A stretch of 64,000 nt of DNA from an uncultured Aureispira sp. (GTDB lineage Bacteria > Bacteroidota > Bacteroidia > Chitinophagales > Saprospiraceae). The stretch lies in NCBI GenBank assembly GCA_964501555.1, contig CAZCTQ010000010.1, positions 30,799 through 94,798 on the forward strand, written 5' to 3'. A program made the position numbers and the translations under genes. This document shows positions 22,658 through 32,761 of this stretch, in pieces (the first letter of the stretch is position 1; the number at the start of each line of letters is the position of its first letter). Under the pieces are notes generated by a model, which ran no database searches, was not told the DNA's origin, and saw nothing but the letters and a program-made list of their open reading frames with translations.

Positions 22658-23155
22658 ATGGATATGGCATATATGGATATATTAACGGCTGCAGCGACTC
22701 ATCGGAGTGAAAATGAAATTATAGCCAGGCAACTAAAAGGATATAAGAGCCAAGATAATATAACAAAACTGAAACAATATCATGAGGATGTATTCCGTGA
22801 AATTAAATGTTTATCATGTGCCAATTGTTGTAAAACATCTCCACCACTGATTGTTCGATCAGATATTAAACGGATAGCCTCTTATCTTGGCATAACTCCA
22901 AGACAATTTGAAAGAAATTATGTCATCGAAGATATCAATGGTGAAAAATCATTTTCTAAGGTGCCTTGTATGTTTTTGCAGAATGACAATACCTGTAGTA
23001 TCTACGAGGTCAGGCCTGAGGCCTGTAGGCGGTATCCACATACTGATGAGGATGATTATTTTTTTCGTGCTGCACTAAATGTTCAAAATACGTTGGTTTG
23101 CCCTGCTGCTTACCTAATCTTAAATAAAATGAAATCTTTAATAGAAAGAAAATGA
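22658..23155 (+). CDS. YkgJ-family cysteine-cluster protein (UPF0153)
   Basis: 165 aa with CLSCANCCKTSPP and CSIYEVRPEACRRYPH clusters. Confidence 0.65.
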   Translation: MDMAYMDILTAAATHRSENEIIARQLKGYKSQDNITKLKQYHEDVFREIKCLSCANCCKTSPPLIVRSDIKRIASYLGITPRQFERNYVIEDINGEKSFSKVPCMFLQNDNTCSIYEVRPEACRRYPHTDEDDYFFRAALNVQNTLVCPAAYLILNKMKSLIERK

Positions 23156-23736
23156 TCTATGAATTTAATGGTTATAAACCGGTCATCCATGAAAGTGCTT
23201 TTATACATCCTCAAGCTGTAGTAACCGGAAACGTCATCATTGGTAGTGATGTGTATGTGGGCCCAGGTGCCGCTTTGCGTGGAGATTGGGGCGAGATTAT
23301 TATTGAAGATGGATGCAATGTCCAGGAAAACTGTACTTTGCATATGTTTCCGGGGAAGTCTGTCATTTTGCATACTAATGCCCATATAGGGCATGGTGCT
23401 ATCATCCACGGTTCTATTATCGGTATAAACAGCATGATTGGAATGAATAGCGTTATCATGGATGACGTCATTATCGGTGATGAATGTATCATCGGTGCTC
23501 TGGCTTTCATCAAGGCTGAGACAGTCATTCCTTCGCGTAGCCTTGTAGTAGGGAATCCTGCTAAAATCATAAGAGAAGTCAGTGACGAAATGATTGAATG
23601 GAAAACAATGGGGACAGAACTTTACCAGCAATTACCCGCGGAATGCTTTAAAACCTTAAAACCTTGTGAACCATTACGCAAAATACCCGCTGAGCGACCA
23701 AAACAACAGGAAATATACAAGAGGTTTAGCAAATAA
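23152..23736 (+). CDS. Gamma-carbonic-anhydrase-like / PaaY-CaiE family hexapeptide-repeat protein
   Basis: 194 aa with left-handed beta-helix hexapeptide repeats and a PaaY-like N-terminus (YEFNGYKPVIHESAFIHPQAVVTGNV). It overlaps the previous gene by 4 nt. Confidence 0.8.
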   Translation: MIYEFNGYKPVIHESAFIHPQAVVTGNVIIGSDVYVGPGAALRGDWGEIIIEDGCNVQENCTLHMFPGKSVILHTNAHIGHGAIIHGSIIGINSMIGMNSVIMDDVIIGDECIIGALAFIKAETVIPSRSLVVGNPAKIIREVSDEMIEWKTMGTELYQQLPAECFKTLKPCEPLRKIPAERPKQQEIYKRFSK

Positions 23737-23756
23737 TAGTCTGCAAACTCAAACTA

Positions 23757-24842
23757 CTACCAGCGGATTAAAACACTACCCCAAGTAAATCCACTGCCAA
23801 ATGCTGCGAGACAAATAAGGTCGCCTTCTTTGACGCGGCCTTCATGCCAAGCCTCTGACAGTGCTATAGGGATTGATGCCGCCGTCGTGTTGCCATATTT
23901 TTGGATATTATTAACTACTTTTTCATCCGGTAGTTTTAGAGAGCGTTGTACAAATTGACTTATGCGTAAATTAGCCTGATGCGGAACTAATAAATCGATA
24001 TCAGAAGTTTGTAAACCTGTCTTATCTAATGCTTCTCTTATCACTTCAGGAAATTTAACTACAGCCGTTTTAAATACCAGCTGACCTGTCATATTTGGAG
24101 CTAGCATATTTTCATCAAGCATTTTTTGCGTTACAAAAACACCTCCAGGCTGGTCGGTAGGCGGATAGCCAAATTTATCTGGATCTAAGTGATAACCACC
24201 ATGGGATCCAGGATTAATCATTGCCAGTTCTTCGGCATGTGTACCATCAGAATGTAAAACAGTCGTCAAAATGCCTTGATCTTCCTTATCCGTAGGCTGG
24301 AGCACTACAGCGCCAGCACCATCACCAAAAATAACTGTTACATTCCTACCTTCTGTAGAATAATCCAAACCCATAGAGTGCATCTCTGCACCGACAAGCA
24401 GAATGTTTTTATACATTCCAGCCTTGATAAACTGGTCAGCGATGGATAACCCATATACAAATCCAGAGCATTGATTACGGATGTCAAGTGCGCCAGCTTC
24501 CATTTTAGTGATACCCAATTCACGTTGGAGAAGCACACCACATCCTGGAAAATAATAATCAGGACTTAAAGTAGCAAAGATGATAAAATCTATATCTTCC
24601 GGTTGGATACCTGCATTTTCTATCGCCTTTTTAGCTGCTTTAGCGCCAAGGGTTGATGTCGTTTCCTTATGTTTCTTGGCATATCGTCGTTCCTCGATAC
24701 CAGTTCTTTCTATGATCCATTCATTGGATGTGTCCATATACTTTGTCAACTCGTCGTTTGTTACAACGGTTTCAGGTAAATAATGCCCAATTCCTGCAAT
24801 TTTTGTTCTCATGTACTCGATTTGTTTACTATTATTATTCAA
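23757..24842 (-). CDS. fabH: Beta-ketoacyl-ACP synthase III
   Basis: 361 aa with active-site Cys in NQCSGFVYG, plus HQANLRI and GNTTAASIP. Confidence 0.9.
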   Translation of the reverse strand: MNNNSKQIEYMRTKIAGIGHYLPETVVTNDELTKYMDTSNEWIIERTGIEERRYAKKHKETTSTLGAKAAKKAIENAGIQPEDIDFIIFATLSPDYYFPGCGVLLQRELGITKMEAGALDIRNQCSGFVYGLSIADQFIKAGMYKNILLVGAEMHSMGLDYSTEGRNVTVIFGDGAGAVVLQPTDKEDQGILTTVLHSDGTHAEELAMINPGSHGGYHLDPDKFGYPPTDQPGGVFVTQKMLDENMLAPNMTGQLVFKTAVVKFPEVIREALDKTGLQTSDIDLLVPHQANLRISQFVQRSLKLPDEKVVNNIQKYGNTTAASIPIALSEAWHEGRVKEGDLICLAAFGSGFTWGSVLIRW

Positions 24843-25235
24843 AAGGTGAGTATTAATACTTTATCCAGATTTATTAGTGACAAATGTAAAGCTTTTTGCC
24901 ATAATACTTCCTATTTTTCTTTAATTATCTGTAAGGCTTGTATATATAACCACCATTTCAATGAAGAAATCAAACTCTTTTGGAACAATGATTTTAATAA
25001 ATTAAATAGATTAGCCCTAATAGTTAAATCTCAAAGGATTTGGGTTTTGACAAGGTGAGAACCAATCAGTAATGGATTCTTGGATACAAATTGTTAAATT
25101 TGATAAAATGTACAATACTTTTTAAATATTTTGATTAACTTTACATCAGATAGCCATTTTAGTATCTTTAATTATTAATATTCCAAAGGTTTAGGTGAGG
25201 CTGTTTAACTTTAGTTTTAATTTGGATTACATATT

Positions 25236-25928
25236 ATGCACATACTTATTATCGAAGATCAGACTGGATTGCAGGAAATGATGAAGATGGGACTTGAAGA
25301 AAATGGTTTTCAGGTGAGTGTTGCTAATAATGGCATCGATGGTCTGGATATGTTGATGAAAAATAATTATAGTGCTGCAATAGTGGATTTGTTGTTGCCG
25401 GGTATGCATGGTTTGGATATTTGCCGTAAGGTACGTTCTACGGGATCGTTAGTTCCGATAATCATCGTTAGCGCCCTAGATTCTGTAGATGATCGGATAG
25501 CAGGTTTAGAAGTGGGCGCAGATGACTATTTGCCAAAGCCATTTCACTTTAATGAGTTGATGGCACGGTTAATAGCATTAGAAAGACGTAAAACAGCCTT
25601 TTATAATCCTAGTGTACGTGAAGTAGAAGAGCTGGTCGTCGATTTTAATAATATGACAGCTACTCGTAATGGTAAAATTCTTGATTTGACTAAAAAAGAA
25701 TTTAGATTGTTAGAGTTTTTTTTAAAAAATGAAAACAAGGTAGTTACTAAAGCCGAAATATCTAAAAAGGTTTGGGATTTAGATTTTGACACTGGGACAA
25801 ATATTGTTGAAGTGTATGTAAATTACCTAAGGAATAAGCTGGATAAAGGTTTTGAACGCAAGTTGATTCATACTAAATTTGGAATAGGGTATATCTTTAA
25901 TCCTGAGCAAAATGCAGATCAAGACTAA
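25236..25928 (+). CDS. OmpR/PhoB-type response regulator
   Basis: 230 aa with a receiver domain (acceptor Asp in AAIVDLLLPGMHG) and a winged-helix output domain. Confidence 0.9.
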   Translation: MHILIIEDQTGLQEMMKMGLEENGFQVSVANNGIDGLDMLMKNNYSAAIVDLLLPGMHGLDICRKVRSTGSLVPIIIVSALDSVDDRIAGLEVGADDYLPKPFHFNELMARLIALERRKTAFYNPSVREVEELVVDFNNMTATRNGKILDLTKKEFRLLEFFLKNENKVVTKAEISKKVWDLDFDTGTNIVEVYVNYLRNKLDKGFERKLIHTKFGIGYIFNPEQNADQD

Positions 25929-27276
25929 ATTGACATTAACGTATTTTATTGTGACAGCATTGATGTTAATGCTGGCTTTGGCATGGATATATTTAAGTTT
26001 TAAACGACAGATGGAAAAGCAATTTTATTTGTCTTTGCGAACAAATGCGCTGATGACACTGAGCATGGTGGAAAAAAGTGACTATGGTTTTAATCAGGAA
26101 AGTTTATATAGCGCTGATGAAAAACCTATGTTAAGTGTGAAGGATAATATATTGATTTATAATGATTTAGATCAGTTGGTGTTTTCATTTATGGCAGAGC
26201 CGGCTATAAACAAAACTATCGTTGATAAAATACAGCGTGATGGAGAATATATTTTTTCTTTAGGCGATTCTAAAGCAATAGGTATCAATTATAAAACCAC
26301 TGGCGGTAAAGAATATGTCTTGATCGGTAAAGGCTATTTTAATTCTGAAGAGTTGAAAAGCCTACGCGATATTCTATTATGGACTTTCTTTATTTTTCTT
26401 GTTATTACGGCAATTGCTGGTTATTTTAATGCAAGGCGTGCCATGATGCCGATAAAAAAAGTTATCCATGATATGGACAGTATTTTACCGGATCAATTGG
26501 ATTCTCGTATATCTGAAGGCACAAACCATGATGAAATTTCTCATTTAGCAAAAGCGTTTAATAATTTGCTCACTCGTATAGAGGAAGCATTTAACATACA
26601 GAAGGGATTTATGTCTTTTATATCGCATGAAGTTAGAAATCCTATTGCATCGATTATTTCTCGCATTGAAGTACATTTAATGAAGGATCGAACGATAGAA
26701 GAGTATAAAGCCTGTATGGAGCCTATCCTACATGATGCCCGTGAACTCGAACAAATGGCGACACAATTGATGCAACTGACGCGCATCACTACAGGTACAG
26801 AGCAGATTGTTTTTAAGCCATTTAGATTAGATGACATGATTTGGGATATCAGTGCTAGTATGAAAACCATTTATCCGGAATATAAAATGCGAATGGAAAT
26901 ACAGGAAATGCCTCAAGACGCTGAAAAACTCATAATTACAGGTAATGAAACCTTGCTCAAAACAGCCTTGTCTAATCTGATAGAAAATGCCTGTAAATAT
27001 TCGTTTGATCATACAGCGACTGTCCGGATTTATATAGATGAGCAGCAGTTTTTATCTGTTGATGTGTTAGATCATGCGCATATCATCAGTGAAGCGGAAA
27101 GGACATTGATTTTTAAACCATTTTATAGAAGTAATGCACATACAAAAATTAAGGGTTCTGGGATCGGTTTGTCACTTGTGGCCTTAATTATGAAAGTTCA
27201 CAAATTTCCTATGGCGATTTCAAATGATGGCAGTTCAGGTAATGTATTTACACTTTGTTTTAATTCTGTAGCCTAA
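25912..27276 (+). CDS. Sensor histidine kinase (two TM helices, periplasmic sensor domain)
   Basis: 454 aa with H-box FISHEVRNP, N-box LIENACKYS and G-box GSGIGLSLV. It overlaps the response regulator gene by 17 nt. Confidence 0.9.
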   Translation: MQIKTKLTLTYFIVTALMLMLALAWIYLSFKRQMEKQFYLSLRTNALMTLSMVEKSDYGFNQESLYSADEKPMLSVKDNILIYNDLDQLVFSFMAEPAINKTIVDKIQRDGEYIFSLGDSKAIGINYKTTGGKEYVLIGKGYFNSEELKSLRDILLWTFFIFLVITAIAGYFNARRAMMPIKKVIHDMDSILPDQLDSRISEGTNHDEISHLAKAFNNLLTRIEEAFNIQKGFMSFISHEVRNPIASIISRIEVHLMKDRTIEEYKACMEPILHDARELEQMATQLMQLTRITTGTEQIVFKPFRLDDMIWDISASMKTIYPEYKMRMEIQEMPQDAEKLIITGNETLLKTALSNLIENACKYSFDHTATVRIYIDEQQFLSVDVLDHAHIISEAERTLIFKPFYRSNAHTKIKGSGIGLSLVALIMKVHKFPMAISNDGSSGNVFTLCFNSVA

Positions 27277-27283
27277 AGGTAAA

Positions 27284-28564
27284 ATGATGCAGGATAATTC
27301 AAAAAAATCAAAGAAGACGGGTTTCCGGAATTTTATTATTTTGGTTACTCTTGCGTTGTTATTGTTAATAAGTCTGACAACTTTTCATAAAGACAATAGT
27401 AATAGAGAGCCTACTTTTGACGATAAGGTGAGAGAGATACTTTTAGATTGGTATAAATTATATCTACAGTTGGAACGTATAGATAAAAATGCTGAACCAC
27501 CTTATGCAGCTCGGAATATAGCACAGATAAGTACGGGTGTATATGAAGTGGTAATGGAACACAGACATTTTTTTAAATCTGAAAGTCCTCAGGCTTTGCG
27601 CTTGCTAAACCATACCTTCTATATCTCACTGTCTGACATATTTGATCAGAGTAATGTGGGCTCAGCAGCTACGCTCATCAATGGATTATATCAGGCTACA
27701 AATAAGAAGCTGCATACAAAAATGTATTATAACGATTTATTTGTGAAGCATATCATAGAAGAAAACAATAAGCGTTTTAGAGTAGATACTTTAGATAAGG
27801 ATACTATGGTTGTATGGCCTACCTATAAACCCATAAAGGAATTTACTTTCTCAGATCATAAGGGAATGCTACCTAATTGGGGTGAAAACAAAACACTAAT
27901 CGTAAAAAAGAATTTTATAAGGGTAAATCCACCGTATGAGCGAGCCATGTATTTTGAAAAAGCTCTTTATGATGATGCTTTGTCAGTATATGTCCAGTCA
28001 AAACGGCTGACCTTTGAAGATAAGTGGATTGGGGGTTTTTGGAGTGATGAGACAGCTGGGCTGACCTTTACACCGGTGGGCAGGTGGGTTTCTATTGCTA
28101 ATCAAACTATAGCTATGGAGCATCTTCCCTCACTTAAAGCGATAAAAATGTATCGGGATCTTAGTGTATCTCTTTATGACGTCACCATTATAGGATGGCA
28201 TTATAAATATATGTATAATCTGATGAGACCAGAACAGTTTATTAGAAAATATATAGACTCGACGTGGAGTGCAAAACACCATCCTGATTTTCCATCCTAT
28301 CCATCTGCACATTCATTTATAGCAGGAGCAGCAGGAGGAATTCTGGAGTATTATTTTGATAAGGATGCAAAACGTATAGATTCCAGTCATTATAAACGTA
28401 TCGAGTTTTATAGTGACAAACGTATGTATGATAGTTTTGAAGCCATGTATAAAGAGTGTGCCTATTCGAGATTTTTAGTCGGAGTCCACTATCTTTCAGA
28501 TTGTGAAGCAGGACTAAATCTAGGTCTTTCTGTGGCTAATACCGTTATCAATTCGGACGAATAA
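27284..28564 (+). CDS. PAP2-superfamily protein of the vanadium-haloperoxidase / acid-phosphatase type, membrane-anchored
   Basis: 426 aa. All three PAP2 motifs are intact: K308-x6-RP (28205-28231), PSYPSAHS (28292-28315) and SRFLVGVHYLSD (28466-28501). It has an N-terminal TM anchor and starts 7 nt after the histidine kinase stop. Confidence 0.75.
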   Translation: MMQDNSKKSKKTGFRNFIILVTLALLLLISLTTFHKDNSNREPTFDDKVREILLDWYKLYLQLERIDKNAEPPYAARNIAQISTGVYEVVMEHRHFFKSESPQALRLLNHTFYISLSDIFDQSNVGSAATLINGLYQATNKKLHTKMYYNDLFVKHIIEENNKRFRVDTLDKDTMVVWPTYKPIKEFTFSDHKGMLPNWGENKTLIVKKNFIRVNPPYERAMYFEKALYDDALSVYVQSKRLTFEDKWIGGFWSDETAGLTFTPVGRWVSIANQTIAMEHLPSLKAIKMYRDLSVSLYDVTIIGWHYKYMYNLMRPEQFIRKYIDSTWSAKHHPDFPSYPSAHSFIAGAAGGILEYYFDKDAKRIDSSHYKRIEFYSDKRMYDSFEAMYKECAYSRFLVGVHYLSDCEAGLNLGLSVANTVINSDE

Positions 28565-28567
28565 AAC

Positions 28568-30544
28568 TTATACATGTTTGCTGATATGCCGCTTTAGCGG
28601 AATTGATTTGACAGGTTGATAAACTAAAGGTACATATTCAATAAGTACATCGTTTTTATCAAGGCCAAAAGCGTCGATGTCTTTTTGTCCAAAACTTTTG
28701 ATAAAAAAGTAACTTTTGAGGATGATTCCTTCTTTAAAGGCAAATTCATTGTCAACTGACAAAAACTTATCTAGGATGATGAATTTGTAGTCAATATCTG
28801 GGTTGTATTTGGTTGTTCCTCGGTTTTTTAAATGTACCTTGAGCTCTTTATTTGCAATCATCTCGTCAATGATTTTTTCAAAGTACAATTCAGTTTTAGG
28901 TTTAACTCTAAATCCAATGTTGAGTACTATTTTGATTATGGTATCATCGACTAATTCAGATACTTCATAATCCAGTGTATATGGATTGTTAGTACGATTT
29001 ATATGGAAAAACCAATAGACATCAGCACGTTTTGGTTTGCGATCGAAGATGGATTTGATTATCTTAGCTTCTATATGATCACGACGATCAGCCTTTGTAA
29101 GGTAGATCAGGTGCGTAGCAAATTTCGGTATATCGGTGTCCTTACTGAGTTCTGTAATTTTTGCAGCATACTTACCCAGATCAACGAATTTTGTATATCG
29201 ATTATTGAATTTTCTACCAAAGTAATTTACATACATAAAGGAAAAAAAGAGGCCACCTGCTGCAATCGTGATATAACCACCGTCATAAAATTTAATTGCA
29301 TTGGCTATGAAAAATGAAAATTCAATAATAAAAAAAACACTGATTAGCCCCCAAACCTGATATTTATTCCATCTCAATCTATATAGCAGGAAGAAGTACA
29401 AAAGATAGGAAGTCATGATCATAGTGAGTGTAATCGCCAATCCATAGGCAGCTTCCATCCTCGAAGAATTTTGGAAATACAACACCATAAAAATACAACC
29501 TATCCAAAGCAGGGTATTGACACTTGGTATAAAGATCTGGCCTTTTGTCTCAGTAGGCTGTTTTACTGCCGAACGTACCCAAAAGTTAAGGTTGATGGCT
29601 TCATTTATAAGCGTAAAAGAACCACTAATTAAGGCTTGGGAGGCTACAATAGCAGCAAAAGTAGCTAAGATGATTCCAGATAATAGGAACCATGATGGCA
29701 TGATTTCAAATATAGGATTTTTGCCTTCTAACGCGCGACCATTTTGACCCATCAGCCATGCTGCCTGTCCTAAGTAATTAATTACTAAACTAATTTTTAC
29801 AAAAATCCATGTAAAATGAATGTTTCTCTTTCCACAATGTCCTAAGTCGGAATACAATGCTTCGGCACCGGTAGTACATAGGAAAACAGCACCTAAAACC
29901 CAAAATCCATGGGGTGTCTCAGTTATCAACAGAAATGCATAATTTGGGTTTAAAGCTTTGATTACCTCAGGGTAATTTATGATTTGATTGATACCAAGAA
30001 CTAAAAGTGAAGATAACCATAAAATCATTATTGGTCCAAAAGCTTTACCTACATTTTGGGTGCCAAATCTTTGCATAAAAAATATAGCAGAAATCACAGT
30101 TAATACTATTGGTACCACTTTTATATTTTGAAGGCCGGGTATCATATCAAGTCCTTCAATAGCTGAGGTGATTGTAATGGCTGGGGTAATCATTCCGTCT
30201 GCGAGTAGAGCTGAAGCGCCTATCATGGTAGGGATAGCAATCTTAGTCCCATATCGCTTGATAAGTGAGTATAAAGAAAAAATACCTCCTTCACCTTGGT
30301 TGTCAGCTTGTAGAGCTATCCAGACGTATTTGACACTTGTCACCATGACTAACGTCCAAAATACACAGGAAACACCACCATATACAAGCGTTTCATTAAT
30401 ATGATTGCTACCTATAATAGCTTTAAAAGTATATAATGGACTGGTGCCAATATCACCGTAGATAATGCCTAGGGCAATAACTAGGGAAGCTAAAGTGACC
30501 TTGTCGTGATTAGAGTGTTTTTGTTCAGTAAGCGTTATTGGCAT
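28568..30544 (-). CDS. kup: KUP/HAK/KT potassium uptake transporter
   Basis: 658 aa with the YGDIGTSPLYTF signature, about 12 TM helices and a cytoplasmic C-terminal domain. Confidence 0.93.
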   Translation of the reverse strand: MPITLTEQKHSNHDKVTLASLVIALGIIYGDIGTSPLYTFKAIIGSNHINETLVYGGVSCVFWTLVMVTSVKYVWIALQADNQGEGGIFSLYSLIKRYGTKIAIPTMIGASALLADGMITPAITITSAIEGLDMIPGLQNIKVVPIVLTVISAIFFMQRFGTQNVGKAFGPIMILWLSSLLVLGINQIINYPEVIKALNPNYAFLLITETPHGFWVLGAVFLCTTGAEALYSDLGHCGKRNIHFTWIFVKISLVINYLGQAAWLMGQNGRALEGKNPIFEIMPSWFLLSGIILATFAAIVASQALISGSFTLINEAINLNFWVRSAVKQPTETKGQIFIPSVNTLLWIGCIFMVLYFQNSSRMEAAYGLAITLTMIMTSYLLYFFLLYRLRWNKYQVWGLISVFFIIEFSFFIANAIKFYDGGYITIAAGGLFFSFMYVNYFGRKFNNRYTKFVDLGKYAAKITELSKDTDIPKFATHLIYLTKADRRDHIEAKIIKSIFDRKPKRADVYWFFHINRTNNPYTLDYEVSELVDDTIIKIVLNIGFRVKPKTELYFEKIIDEMIANKELKVHLKNRGTTKYNPDIDYKFIILDKFLSVDNEFAFKEGIILKSYFFIKSFGQKDIDAFGLDKNDVLIEYVPLVYQPVKSIPLKRHISKHV

Positions 30545-30646
30545 CTAAATTGAAATTATAGCGCAAAGGTACAATTAGCCATATCATTAAAAAATAAATG
30601 TTTGGATGCTAAATATAAAGAAATTATAAAGATGTTTCGAGTGGGA

Positions 30647-31324
30647 TTATTCTAACCGATATCCTATACCGCTTGCAGTAATGATGTGTTTAGGTTGGTT
30701 TGGATTGTCTTCGATTTTCTTTCTTAGAGTACCGACAAATACCCTTAAATATTGTGTTTCTGTTTGATAAGCTGACCCCCAGATTTCCTTGAGAATAAAT
30801 TGATGTGTCAGTGTCCGTCCTTGGTATTTAGCAAATAGGACCATAAGATTATACTCTGTTGAGGTTAGTTTCAGAAGTTCATTTTGCTTTTTTACTGTCA
30901 TGGCAATGAGATCTATTTCGATATCGCCGATATTTACTTTTTGCAGATTTGGAGCTGTGTGATTGTTCTTTATAGCCAGCCTGATTCGAGCCATCAATTC
31001 AGCAGAGCGAAACGGTTTAGTCATATAATCTGTAGCGCCGTTGTCCAAAGCGTGGACAATATCGTTTTCATTATTGAGAACGGATAAAATGATAATGGCA
31101 TTATTGTACCAAAGTCGTAACTCAGACAGCACTTCATGACCGTTTTTATCTGGTAAATCTATATCCAACAAAATCAAATCCGGATTGTGTGTCGCAGCAA
31201 GTTTAATTCCTGTCAAACCATTATCCGATAGGATGACCTTATAGTCATTGCTCTCTAAGGTGATTTCTAATAATTTGCGTATTTGAGGCTCATCATCAAT
31301 AACTAATATGACAGGTTTATTCAT
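30647..31324 (-). CDS. KdpE-like OmpR-family response regulator
   Basis: 225 aa with a receiver domain (LILLDIDLPDKNG) and a winged-helix domain, and a KdpE-like overall pattern. It overlaps the upstream kinase by 8 nt. Confidence 0.85.
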   Translation of the reverse strand: MNKPVILVIDDEPQIRKLLEITLESNDYKVILSDNGLTGIKLAATHNPDLILLDIDLPDKNGHEVLSELRLWYNNAIIILSVLNNENDIVHALDNGATDYMTKPFRSAELMARIRLAIKNNHTAPNLQKVNIGDIEIDLIAMTVKKQNELLKLTSTEYNLMVLFAKYQGRTLTHQFILKEIWGSAYQTETQYLRVFVGTLRKKIEDNPNQPKHIITASGIGYRLE

Positions 31325-32384
31325 GTTTAAGTTGATTTATATATGTGGTTTCACAAGGGATTTTAACAGTAAATATTAATCCTGATGGGTTATTCTTTTC
31401 TACTACTACGGTACCATTTAGTGCTTCTGTGTATCCTTTGACTATGGACAATCCAAGCCCGCTGCCACCAGCGCGTGCGCCTGTGCCACGATAGAATTTA
31501 TTGAAGATATTTTTAAATTCACTTTCAGAAATACCAGGACCATTATCACTAATCCGCAGGATACAATGCGCGTCGTCATCCTCTACTTCTATTTGTATTT
31601 TAGACTCATCATGTGTGTAGAGTAGAGCGTTGATAATCAGATTGATAAGAATGAGTTCCATAAATCCAATATCTATTTTAAATAGAGGTAGATGGTCAGA
31701 AGGTTTAAAAATTATAGTTTGGCTATATGGAAGATGGATTTTGAAGATGGTTTCATTAACTAGCTCATTCATGTCACACCAGTCCATCTGTGGTTTGAGT
31801 AATTCACTACTCAGTCGGCTCATGTTGAGGATATTGCTAAACTGACGATTTAGTCTGGTTGTAGCGATATCTATTTCATTGATGAGATCTAATTGTTGAG
31901 CCTTACTAAGTTTATCGATGTTTTCTCGCATAGCATCTGCCGAGCCGATGATAGTAGCCAATGGTGTTTTTAATTCGTGAGATAATGAATTAAATAACGT
32001 GTTGTACAATTTTAAGCTCTTCTCATGTTCTTCCTTCTCTCTGATTTCTTTTTCTGATCGTTTGATTTTATAGGTCAAGACGGCATTTAGAAGTGCTACA
32101 AAAAAATAAGATAATACCAATAAAATATCTTCAGTATCGTGAATGCCCAATTTAAATACAGGTGGAATAAAGAAGAAATTCCAAATCAAAGCACTAAGGA
32201 TGACAGATACAAGCACTGGATATATGTAAAACAACATGCCTATGACTGATATAGTTAGCAATAGTATCAATGCTACAACCCTATATGGAATATGAGATTT
32301 AAATATATAGCAAACAAATGAAACAACCAGTATCGAAATGATACTTATCATATAGGGTCTAAGTGTGTTTACTCTGACACGCAT
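31317..32384 (-). CDS. KdpD C-terminal-type sensor histidine kinase (DUF4118-like membrane domain plus HisKA/HATPase), lacking the KdpD N-terminal/Usp sensor domains
   Basis: 355 aa. Four N-terminal TM helices are followed directly by H-box SHELKTPLA, then N- and G-boxes (GGSGLGLSIV). Confidence 0.8.
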   Translation of the reverse strand: MRVRVNTLRPYMISIISILVVSFVCYIFKSHIPYRVVALILLLTISVIGMLFYIYPVLVSVILSALIWNFFFIPPVFKLGIHDTEDILLVLSYFFVALLNAVLTYKIKRSEKEIREKEEHEKSLKLYNTLFNSLSHELKTPLATIIGSADAMRENIDKLSKAQQLDLINEIDIATTRLNRQFSNILNMSRLSSELLKPQMDWCDMNELVNETIFKIHLPYSQTIIFKPSDHLPLFKIDIGFMELILINLIINALLYTHDESKIQIEVEDDDAHCILRISDNGPGISESEFKNIFNKFYRGTGARAGGSGLGLSIVKGYTEALNGTVVVEKNNPSGLIFTVKIPCETTYINQLKHE

Positions 32385-32761
32385 AAAGGCGTATTTTTTA
32401 ATAAAATAGACTGCGAAAGTACTACTTTTTATTGATAATGAAATGGATGTTTTTGAGTAGAGCCTTTAAATCCAGACCTACCCAATTTTATAAATCTTAG
32501 ATACTACAAATATGATAAGTGGTAATAACATATAATATAAATAGCCTTATAATGATTAGATAGTTATATTTATCATTATCCTTGTTAAGAAAAATCGGAT
32601 GAACAATATACTTGAAATATGGATATTTTAGTGCAATTATACCGTTGTCAATTAATTAACATAATTTTTTATACTTTTTTGCATGATTTTCCATCTTATT
32701 AAATGAATGTACAATTCAATTGTAAAAATAGCCGTTATAACTTTTAAAATTATTCAAGATA

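Noticed and set aside
23110-23631. 173-aa and 119-aa minus-strand ORFs opposite the hexapeptide-repeat gene
   Set aside because: The plus-strand frame gives a clean left-handed beta-helix repeat protein of a known family. The antisense frames are an expected artefact of the repetitive codon pattern.
24783-25058. 91-aa ORF in the fabH / response-regulator spacer, and the 74-aa ORF at 62705-62929
   Set aside because: Both lie in AT-rich promoter regions with no recognisable domain, and their codon composition looks intergenic. I kept them as non-coding.
12889-28570. Convergent gene pairs with almost no spacer (12891/12894, 15382/15398, 23736/23757, 28564/28568) and several non-ATG starts (TTG at 14366 and 20698, GTG at 17676)
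   Set aside because: Both are ordinary features of compact bacterial chromosomes. The non-ATG starts are forced by conserved N-terminal residues lying upstream of the first ATG. I do not treat these as anomalies.
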